From NCBI GenBank assembly GCA_013696975.1, contig JACCXO010000049.1, forward strand, positions 1-44,597: DNA of 44,597 bases, written 5' to 3'. Each line of letters opens with the position of its first letter. The stretch's first letter is position 1. The DNA is from Nocardioidaceae bacterium. Lineage in GTDB: Bacteria > Actinomycetota > Actinomycetes > Propionibacteriales > Nocardioidaceae. Under the pieces are notes generated by a model. The model was not told the origin of the DNA. It saw only the letters and a list, made by a program, of their open reading frames with translations, and searched no databases. The position numbers and the translations under genes are program-made. Shown one piece after another: positions 36,501 to 42,601 of this stretch.

Positions 36501-37499
36501 ATTGAATTCAGGGAAGTGCACCTCGCCGAGGCCGAGGTCGGCCTTGGGGTCCACGGCGCAGCGGTCCGCCACCGCTCGGGTGCGAGCAAGCATCCGGTCG
36601 GCCTCGCGTACGTCGAAGCCTGCGAACCGGCAGATCTCATCGGCGATGTCGGCCATCTCCTTGCCGGACTTCAAAAAGCCTTCGGCGTTGGCTCGATCGA
36701 CGTGGCGAAGGTCGAGAGGCACCAGGCGGCGTACGGAATCCAAGATGTCGACGGTCGGCGCGTCAGATCTGTCGGCGTAACGGACCGCGTTGGTGAGGAC
36801 TGCCCCAAAGCCTGCGCTGGCGGCAAGCCCCGCCATCCGCGCCGCATGGGAGCTCGAACCGGGGCCGTGCCCGCCGCTGCGGTGGGAGAATACCTCGACC
36901 ACGACCTGGAGAGGATCGGTGACCTCCCGCCAGCTGCGCAACACCTCACGAGCGAGGTCGTCTCGTCGCAACGTCGTCGCCCATCCCAGTTCAGAGGCGG
37001 GTCCCAACATCACCACCGCGTCATGGTCTGACTGGAGCCCTGCTAAGTGGGTGGCAACCAGCTCTCGAGTGGCGACAGGAGCACCGCGCTCGCCACGCAG
37101 GTGAGTCGCCGACACGAGTCGGCACAAGGCTGCCCACCCCGCCTTGCTGCCGGCGAACACCGTGATGCGAGGCAAGGCATGAGAGCTCGGGTCTCGATAG
37201 CTTCCCCCACGCGCAGGCGAGGAGCGAGACACCCCAGCCCGACCAGTCTGAGCCGGTGAATGACCCAAACCCATCAGACCAGAGGGCTCCACAGCGAGAT
37301 CGACACCCAGCACTGGCCGGATGCCACCACTCAGGCACGCCTTGGCGAAGCGCACGGCGCCATAGAGCCCGTCGCGGTCGGTGAGAGCGAGGGTGTCCAT
37401 CTCGGATTCGACGGCCCGCTCCACCAGTCGGTGCGGATGCGAGGCGCCGTACTTCAGCGAGTAGCCGGAAGCAACATGCAGGTGGACGAAGGGATCCAT
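33525..37499 (-). CDS. dnaE2: Divergent DnaE2/ImuC-like error-prone DNA polymerase III alpha homolog (1324 aa)
   Basis: It has a PHP N-terminus (FVHLHVASGYSLKYGAS, with the second His of the HxH pair replaced by Ala), Pol III alpha palm/fingers blocks (GFCKAHAAAFA, LLKLDVLGIRMQSA) and an OB-fold region. The terminal PRKLWHRSPGSAG resembles DnaE2 C-termini as I remember them. A LexA box and a damage promoter lie upstream. It is longer than typical DnaE2 because of several low-complexity insertions. The DnaE1-versus-DnaE2 assignment needs phylogeny. Confidence 0.75.
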   Translation of the reverse strand: MDPFVHLHVASGYSLKYGASHPHRLVERAVESEMDTLALTDRDGLYGAVRFAKACLSGGIRPVLGVDLAVEPSGLMGLGHSPAQTGRAGVSRSSPARGGSYRDPSSHALPRITVFAGSKAGWAALCRLVSATHLRGERGAPVATRELVATHLAGLQSDHDAVVMLGPASELGWATTLRRDDLAREVLRSWREVTDPLQVVVEVFSHRSGGHGPGSSSHAARMAGLAASAGFGAVLTNAVRYADRSDAPTVDILDSVRRLVPLDLRHVDRANAEGFLKSGKEMADIADEICRFAGFDVREADRMLARTRAVADRCAVDPKADLGLGEVHFPEFNISPEFNIGPEFNISPEFNIGPKFNIGRGSGSPSASPGDALLRARCEAGIGRLYSPDQHKAVSSRLRDELGVIERLKYSTYFLTVADVVDLIREMGVRVAARGSGAGSVVNYLLGISGVDPIRYGLLMERFLSPLRQALPDIDVDVESARRTEVYERILERYSGTRCACVSMMDTYRVRHAIRDVGAALGMPPGEIDSIAKSFPHIRARDARNALRELPELRASGLGEERLDRLFGLVEKLDGLPRHIAVHPCGVLLSDATLLDRTPVEASYLGFPMSQFDKDDVEDLGLLKLDVLGIRMQSAMCYALDEIKRVDGIQIDIDDEAQAPRDDPATYALIQSTKTLGCFQIESPGQRELVGKFAPETFEDIIIDISLFRPGPVKSDMVVPFLRARQGWSEPEYIHPDLEESLASTCGVVVFHEQVIEIIATLTGCTLAEADEARRALGDKQGKESIKLWFFPRVLARGYSTFIARRCWEVLEAFASFGFCKAHAAAFALPTYQSAWLKAHHPAAFLAGVLTHDPGMYPKRLILDDARQFGIAVLPLDVNCSDDVYRIERVGSYDEPPPEVLGRAPRPAPAPDLPDGRAYGIRLSLADVKGISDAEIARILAARPFHSLTDLWQRARVSRPIAERLVLAGGLDAVYGIGSPVPVRRRGTVTRRDLLLQVLDLDRWSRATDKAVRAASPRRAATTSAHLPPTGTDPRALAAAQSQGAKAVEPVTGVQLTLDLDDTPALTESSGLPEMSGAERVRAELEILGLDVSHHVVDFYAPLLRELDVCWSRDLLHRRTKCELLVAGVKVATQTPPIRSGRRVVFLTLDDGTGPVDATFFEDAQGPYAATLFHSWLLVVRGVLRRTGPKGVSLRATGCWELPMLHEIWQRQGIEAVYDCMRLLPAGFDEHASGTVDDHAVHGAAGSSSSRPVMARPPSYDTGPTPLVEDTDEAAPTAGGMGRRRVLVHTSGYKQSPYSDIRPAGEDSKSVPRKLWHRSPGSAG
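36426..36515 (-). repeat. 5 x 18-bp in-frame tandem repeat inside dnaE2
   Basis: The plus-strand units are gatgttgaacttagggcc, gatgttgaattcagggct, gatgttgaattcagggcc, gatgttgaattcagggct and gatattgaattcagggaa. They encode PEFNIS-PEFNIG-PEFNIS-PEFNIG-PKFNIG. Four units carry GAATTC. GC content is visibly far below the surrounding DNA. Confidence 0.95.
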
Positions 37500-37511
37500 G
37501 ACTGGTCTGCC

Positions 37512-37817
37512 TCAGTCGATGCTGCAGACGAGCTGCCATTGGCCGCTGGCCCAGTCAAAGGCCAGGTCGAACACACCGGCGCCGCCCTCGGCTGCAACAC
37601 CTGAGCGGCCGTTGATGGCCTCGACCCGCCACAGCTCTCTCTCGCCCAACAGATCGGTCGACAGGTCTGGCTGCTCCCACCAGGCGCTGGTCTCGATCCA
37701 ATGGGCGATGAGGTCACGCACCACCCAGAACGTGCCGCGCCACAAGAACTGCTCGGGTGCCTCTTGACCTGCCACCAGACCCCGACGCACCTCAATGGGA
37801 TCGCAATAGCTACGCAT
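37512..37817 (-). CDS. 101-aa protein resembling the C-terminal domain of ImuB, stand-alone
   Basis: GGAGG lies 7-8 nt before the ATG, and the stop is 12 nt before the dnaE2 ATG. The Trp-rich pattern FLWRGTFWVVRDLIAHWIE..WWEQ...ERELWRVEA...GVFDL..D..SGQWQLV matches my recollection of the ImuB C-terminal block (F.WRG..h.V......ERI...WW....RDYfRVE...G...wlf.d....W.l.G). The functional call is inference. Confidence 0.55.
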   Translation of the reverse strand: MRSYCDPIEVRRGLVAGQEAPEQFLWRGTFWVVRDLIAHWIETSAWWEQPDLSTDLLGERELWRVEAINGRSGVAAEGGAGVFDLAFDWASGQWQLVCSID

Positions 37818-37970
37818 CTGGTGACCTCCACACAGATTTGGCCGCTCTCAGCTGGCAGCAGAGGAAAGAAATGACGGGGTATCGCCCGGCGGGGAAGGGG
37901 GTCGAAGCCTTCCTCGCCGTGGCGATCCGTTCCATCGAGTGGCGCCGCGAAACGCCAGCTTCATGGCTGA

Positions 37971-37986
37971 TCGAACAAATGTTCGA
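37971..37986. promoter_or_regulatory. LexA SOS box (perfect actinobacterial Cheo-type palindrome)
   Basis: tcgaacaaatgttcga equals TCGAAC-N4-GTTCGA with no mismatch. It lies 154 nt upstream of the miniprotein ATG and immediately downstream of the putative -10 element below. Confidence 0.75.
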
Positions 37987-37995
37987 ATCAATAAG

Positions 37996-38018
37996 ACAGT
38001 AAACCCCGCTACCGACAA
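37996..38018 (-). promoter_or_regulatory. RecA-NDp / PafBC-type DNA-damage promoter motif
   Basis: The minus strand reads TTGTCGGTA-gcggggtt-TACTGT, which fits tTGTCRgtg-N8-TAnnnT. It is oriented toward the miniprotein-dnaE2 operon. Confidence 0.6.
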
Positions 38019-38197
38019 TCCCGTCAACCCCTTCTGCCAAGTTGGGGGAACTCGCTTCATCACAGGAGCACAACAGATCGGCATTCCTTGCCGCTGACGC
38101 GTTCTCCTCTGCGACCATGAAACCGGGCACTCAGGGGACTCAACGAGTCAGCGGCCAGCCTTGAAGCACCACCACGCAGGAACACGGGGAACAGATC

Positions 38198-38734
38198 ATG
38201 GACGAGACACATTGGCAGCGCCATCTGCTAGTCGGACTGCTGGCTCTCGCCGTCGCCACGGTCTCACTAGGGGGGATAGGCGGCATCCTCACCCTGCGAG
38301 CAGTCGAGCTCACCGGCATCAAACCAGCCACCGAGACCGCCTCCAAGGAACCTGCGGGGCCTGCGGGGGCCGCGGGGCCCAAGCCTCGACCCAGGGCGCC
38401 GCATGCCACCGAGGCGGCTCAACCCAAACCGACCAACCCTGAACGACCACGGACCGCAAGCAATCGGCTCATCACGTTGAATGCCACTCCTCAGTCGGCC
38501 GAGGCCTACGAACGGGTGGACCTGACCGGCACCTACCAGGGCGAAGGCGCCACCACCTCGTTGCAGGTGCAACGCCTTGACGGTGGGACCTGGGTGGACT
38601 TCCCTGTCAGCGCGAGTGTCGACGGTCGGACGTTCTCGACATACATCCTGACGGGCGTGGTAGGTGAGAACCGGTTTCGGGTCCAGGACGGCAGCGGTCA
38701 GACTTCAAACGTCGTCACGGTCACGATCACCTGA
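38198..38734 (+). CDS. Hypothetical membrane-anchored protein (N-terminal TM, Pro-rich linker, beta-rich Ig-like C-terminal domain)
   Basis: 178-aa ORF. It has a TM helix LLVGLLALAVATVSLGGIGGIL, a P/A/K linker, and a C-terminal ~95 aa with alternating beta-strand-like pattern. I recognised no family motif. Confidence 0.6.
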   Translation: MDETHWQRHLLVGLLALAVATVSLGGIGGILTLRAVELTGIKPATETASKEPAGPAGAAGPKPRPRAPHATEAAQPKPTNPERPRTASNRLITLNATPQSAEAYERVDLTGTYQGEGATTSLQVQRLDGGTWVDFPVSASVDGRTFSTYILTGVVGENRFRVQDGSGQTSNVVTVTIT

Positions 38735-38884
38735 CGTCCTTGTCCTCATCTCCCAGGCGAGGTCCAGCACGTTCAACCGCTCCAGTACCTTGAGCTGCGG
38801 GTTCGCCGGGTCGAAGTCGAGATCGAGGCTGGTACGACGGATGACAGTGGCGTAGCGCTCGCCATAGTCGGCGAGTACCTCCAT
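38705..38884 (-). CDS. Candidate 59-aa ORF or gene remnant (below the ORF-track cut-off)
   Basis: My manual translation is MEVLADYGERYATVIRRTSLDLDFDPANPQLKVLERLNVLDLAWEMRTRTSGDRDRDDV. Third-position GC is high over most of its length. There is no clear RBS. An in-frame stop lies 22 codons upstream of the ATG. Its 3' end overlaps the convergent 38198-38734 gene by 30 nt. Confidence 0.25.
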   Translation of the reverse strand: MEVLADYGERYATVIRRTSLDLDFDPANPQLKVLERLNVLDLAWEMRTRTSGDRDRDDV

Positions 38885-38990
38885 CGCCGCTTGCTCGTCT
38901 TTGCCGGAACGGGCCCTCTCCTTCGCCGGCTGGTGTGCGTGCGGCCCAGGTCAGCTGGGCTAGGACAATCACCAGGTCAGCCCGACCGCG

Positions 38991-39641
38991 ATGCCACGGG
39001 TTACTGCGGCGGCGAAACGGCGCTCTCGCACTACAGTGGCGCCCGTGGACGTACTCCCCCTCGTGCTGACGTCCGGCTGGGCCAGTGGCATCAACGCCTA
39101 TGCCGTCGTTTTCGTCATGGGGATTCTCGGCCGGATCACCGGCCTCGAGGTGGTTCCCGAAACCGTGCAGCGACCTGAGGTGCTGGCGATCGCTGGTGGC
39201 ATGTTCGCTGTGGAGTTCGTGGCTGACAAGATCCCTTACGTCGACTCGATGTGGGACACGGTTTCGACGCTGATCAGGCCGACGGTGGGTGCCATCGTTG
39301 GATACGCCATCGCCGGCGATGCGCAGGCAGTCGACCAGGCGCTCTACGCCTTCGCCGGCGGTGGCTCCGCCTTGGCCTCGCACCTGGTGAAGGGCAGTCT
39401 GCGGCTGGCGATCAACTCCTCGCCCGAGCCCTTCACCAACATGACGGTCTCCCTCGGCGAGGACATCACCGTGGCCTCAGTCATCGCGCTGGCCCTCTAT
39501 CACCCGTGGATCGCCCTGGGAGTCGCGTCGTTCCTGTTCGTGACCGGCACGATCTTGGTCATCGTGCTCTTCCGACTGGTGTTGCGCGGCTGGCGACGTT
39601 GGAAGGCGCGACGGGAATCAGCTGGTGTCATCAGCGGCTGA
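38991..39641 (+). CDS. DUF4126-family integral membrane protein
   Basis: Several TM segments plus GINAYAVVF and FVADKIPYVDSMWD motifs, which I recall as typical of DUF4126. The real start may be the GTG at 39036 or 39045. Confidence 0.75.
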   Translation: MPRVTAAAKRRSRTTVAPVDVLPLVLTSGWASGINAYAVVFVMGILGRITGLEVVPETVQRPEVLAIAGGMFAVEFVADKIPYVDSMWDTVSTLIRPTVGAIVGYAIAGDAQAVDQALYAFAGGGSALASHLVKGSLRLAINSSPEPFTNMTVSLGEDITVASVIALALYHPWIALGVASFLFVTGTILVIVLFRLVLRGWRRWKARRESAGVISG

Positions 39642-41157
39642 CCCCTCCCCGGTGTCCCACCCGTCGCCAACGGGACGCAACGAGACACCCACACCGAACG
39701 CTGGCCGGCTCGACGATTGGGAGGCCCACCTGTGCGCACCCTTCACTGGTCGCAAGGTCATCTGCGCCTTCGAGGTGCTCGCCGGCATGACGGGGCTCGT
39801 CGATCTGGTGCAACGCTGGGGTGCGCAGCGACCACTCCTCATCGCTGACGGGTTCGGCACCGGACCGCTGCCCGACACGGCTGACGCCGACGTGCTCGTG
39901 CTCGAGCCTCCAGCCGTCGACTCGGTCACAGAAGAGGTACGGGCACGTCTGAGCCCTGAGCAACGCTTGACTTCACAGGTGATTGCGGCGGTCAAGCACT
40001 ACGACCCGGAAGGCGAGGCGCTGTGGTGGCTCAACCCGATTCCCCACAACTCGCCTCTGCTCGGCCGGGCCGTGTGGGGTGGCCGGCCATCTCATCAAGT
40101 GACGCTCGAAGACAAGTTGCTGACTGACGACTTGCTTGCGGATATCGACGCACCGAAGGTGGGGAGTGTCAACGCGCGTGCGACATACGACGACTTGACG
40201 ACTGCCACCGAACACCTGCTTTCGTTTACCAGCGGCACCCAGGCCGTATGGGCGGGTGACAGTCGCGACGGCATCAACGGCGGCGCTGACTACGTGCGTT
40301 GGATCCAGACACCAGAGCAGGCTCAGGAGGCAGCTGACTTCTTTGCCCGACATTGCGACCAAGTGCGCGTCTCGCCGTTTCTGGAGGGGGTGCCGTGCAG
40401 CATCCACGGCATCGTTCTCCCCGACGGGGTGGTCGTCCTGCGGCCGGTCGAACTCGCCATCTTGCGCGATGTCAGGCAGGGACGCTTCGTGGAGGCCGGC
40501 ATGGGCACCACATGGGAGCCGCCGCCACAGGACACGCGGGCCATGCGAGAGCTGGCCCGCTCCTTTGGCCTCAACCTGCAACGTCGTTTCGCCTATCGCG
40601 GTGGCTTTGGCCTTGACGGCGTGCTCACCGCTGAAGGTTTCCGGGTGACCGAGCTCAACCCGCGGTTCAGCGGTGGCCTCACTCGGTTGGCGCGATGTGC
40701 ACCGAAAGCACAGCTGCAGCTTGTCCATCTGAATGCCCTCGTCGGCCGAGATGTGGGGCGCTCGGCCAATGAGATCGAGGCTGAGGCGCTGCACCCCTTA
40801 GAGGCGAAGCGATTCCAGGAAGCAGTCGGTTGGTCGGATGCCCTGCACACCATGGAGACGCAGACCGTGCCTGTGCGCGTGGTCTCGGGTCGGCTCGAGG
40901 CGATCTCCCAACGGGCCGATCCGACTGAGGAGCGATCGATCGGGTCAGTCCTGTGCGGTCCGTCGTCGGTCGGCACATTCGTCCGGCTGGTTCCCAGTGC
41001 TGCCGATCCGCCGAGCGACACAACCGAACCAATACCTCTCCGGGCGGCTGAGCTCGCGATTCTGCTGCTCGACTTCACCGACCGCACCTGGGACACCCAG
41101 TTCGGTCCCCTAACGGCGGCTCCCGGCGTGGCCACCAGGTGGGGGCCGGTCGTTTGA
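39625..41157 (+). CDS. Orphan ATP-grasp-fold protein (510 aa)
   Basis: The central/C-terminal pattern is VRVSPFLEGVPCSIHGIVLPDGVVVLRPVE...YRGGFGLDGVLTAEGFRVTELNPRFSGG. This is the typical ATP-grasp beta-sheet followed by the E-x-N-P-R Mg/ATP motif. The N- and C-terminal extensions have no motif I recognise. It overlaps the DUF4126 stop by 17 nt; an alternative start is M55 at 39787. Confidence 0.6.
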   Translation: MSSAADPSPVSHPSPTGRNETPTPNAGRLDDWEAHLCAPFTGRKVICAFEVLAGMTGLVDLVQRWGAQRPLLIADGFGTGPLPDTADADVLVLEPPAVDSVTEEVRARLSPEQRLTSQVIAAVKHYDPEGEALWWLNPIPHNSPLLGRAVWGGRPSHQVTLEDKLLTDDLLADIDAPKVGSVNARATYDDLTTATEHLLSFTSGTQAVWAGDSRDGINGGADYVRWIQTPEQAQEAADFFARHCDQVRVSPFLEGVPCSIHGIVLPDGVVVLRPVELAILRDVRQGRFVEAGMGTTWEPPPQDTRAMRELARSFGLNLQRRFAYRGGFGLDGVLTAEGFRVTELNPRFSGGLTRLARCAPKAQLQLVHLNALVGRDVGRSANEIEAEALHPLEAKRFQEAVGWSDALHTMETQTVPVRVVSGRLEAISQRADPTEERSIGSVLCGPSSVGTFVRLVPSAADPPSDTTEPIPLRAAELAILLLDFTDRTWDTQFGPLTAAPGVATRWGPVV

Positions 41158-41191
41158 GCCAGGACGAGCAGCAGGGTGGCTGAGGTCGCCG

Positions 41192-42565
41192 ATGGCTGAA
41201 ATTGTGGTTGTGGGTGGTGGCCTCGCCGGGTTGGCCGCGGCAGCCCGTCTCGCCAAGCTGCGTCATCGAGTGACGCTCATCGAACGCGACCCGACGATCG
41301 GCGGTGCACTGCGCGGTGTGGAGCGCGACGGTTTCCGCTGGGACGCCGGCGCAGCGACGACCACGCTGCCAGCGGTTCTGCGCGACCTGTTCCGCAAGTC
41401 AGGTCGGCCACTCGAGAGCTACCTCGACATACAGCTGAGCAACCCGTCGCGGCGCCACGTCTTCACCGACGGCGCCGTGGTCGACCTGCCGACCGGTTCC
41501 AGGGCGGCCCAGATCACCGCGGTCGATGCTGGTCTCGGCGATGGCACCGGCCTTCAGTGGGCAGCGTATGTCGACCAGCAGGCCGACCGCTGGCACCTGC
41601 TACGCAGCCTCGTCCTCGACGACCCGCGAGGCGGGTCTCGCCTCTCCGACCGTGAGGTGGTTCGCCAGCTCGACGCCAGGACCTCGCTGGCTCAGCAGCT
41701 GAAGCGGTCGCTCCCCGACGAGCGACTGCGCGCGGTCGTCTCGTCCAGCTTCGAGCTGGCTGGTTCCGACCCAGCGCGCGTCCCGGCATACGCGGCGGTC
41801 GAGTCGTATGTCGAGCGGAACTTCGGCCTGTGGCAGCTGCCCGGGGGCATGGCCGCCCTCATCGGTGCACTCGCCGCCCGGTTGAGCGAGCGCGGCGTCG
41901 ACGTGCGCTGTCGCGAAACCGTCACCCGTGTCATGACACGCGGTGATGCTGCTGCCGGAGTCGAGACGTCTGCTGGCCACCTGGTCTCCGCCGACGTGGT
42001 GGTGTGCGCGGTCGACCCCCGGGTCGTCTTCGGCCAACTGCTGGCCCTCTCATTGGCCGGCAAAGCCCGCCGGGTGTTTGACGCTGCCAGACCGGTCACT
42101 CCTCCATGCATCACGCACGTCGGATTGCGGGGCGCGCTGCCGGACCTGCCGGCCGAGACAGTCCTGCATGGCAACCCGTTGATCGTCATCCGCCAGCAGT
42201 TGCACCCGCTCGTAAGCGCGACTCACGAGGCAACCACTGGACCGCACAGTGAGTCTGCTTGGACGATTCTCCAGCGCGGCGGCCATGACGTCGACGTGCT
42301 GGCGACGTTGGCGAGCCGCGGCGTTGACATCCGCTCACAGGTCGTTGCCAGAGTCGACCGGAGCCCCGACGAGGTCGTGGCCGAGACAGGCGGGTCGTCA
42401 TACGGCTTCGAATGGGACGGCTGGCGGGCCTCCGCCAAGCGTGCCGCCCTCACCAACCCGCTGCCAGGGCTGCACCTCATCGGCGCGTCGATGCATCCCG
42501 GGTCAACTATTCCGTATGCCGCCTGGGGCGCTGCTCACGTCGCTGAACGCCTCGGCAAGGCCTGA
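41192..42565 (+). CDS. FAD/NAD(P)-binding oxidoreductase of the phytoene-desaturase (CrtI)/amine-oxidase superfamily
   Basis: The N-terminal dinucleotide fold is IVVVGGGLAGLAAAARLAKLRHRVTLIERDPTIGG. Its length (457 aa) and C-terminal GASMHPGSTIPYAAWGA are typical of this superfamily. Confidence 0.8.
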   Translation: MAEIVVVGGGLAGLAAAARLAKLRHRVTLIERDPTIGGALRGVERDGFRWDAGAATTTLPAVLRDLFRKSGRPLESYLDIQLSNPSRRHVFTDGAVVDLPTGSRAAQITAVDAGLGDGTGLQWAAYVDQQADRWHLLRSLVLDDPRGGSRLSDREVVRQLDARTSLAQQLKRSLPDERLRAVVSSSFELAGSDPARVPAYAAVESYVERNFGLWQLPGGMAALIGALAARLSERGVDVRCRETVTRVMTRGDAAAGVETSAGHLVSADVVVCAVDPRVVFGQLLALSLAGKARRVFDAARPVTPPCITHVGLRGALPDLPAETVLHGNPLIVIRQQLHPLVSATHEATTGPHSESAWTILQRGGHDVDVLATLASRGVDIRSQVVARVDRSPDEVVAETGGSSYGFEWDGWRASAKRAALTNPLPGLHLIGASMHPGSTIPYAAWGAAHVAERLGKA

Positions 42566-42601
42566 ACTTCATGCGCTGCACCCGCTTGTAGGCTCAGCCG
42601 C

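Noticed and set aside
36426-36515. Whether the 18-bp repeats form a CRISPR array or a mobile-element terminus.
   Set aside because: The units are contiguous with no spacers, lie in frame inside dnaE2, and no cas, transposase or integrase genes are nearby.
37848-37964. A 38-codon upstream ORF (MKLAFRGATRWNG...) in the predicted leader of the dnaE2 operon.
   Set aside because: It has low third-position GC with many rare-looking codons (TTT, TCA, CTT, TCT, CGA), no RBS, and begins within the LexA-box flank. It is probably not translated as a functional peptide.
38727-39383. 218-aa minus-strand ORF spanning the gap and the DUF4126 gene.
   Set aside because: It is antisense to a membrane protein with clear family motifs and has an Arg/Gly/His-rich composition. 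The separate 59-aa ORF in another frame is reported instead, at low confidence.
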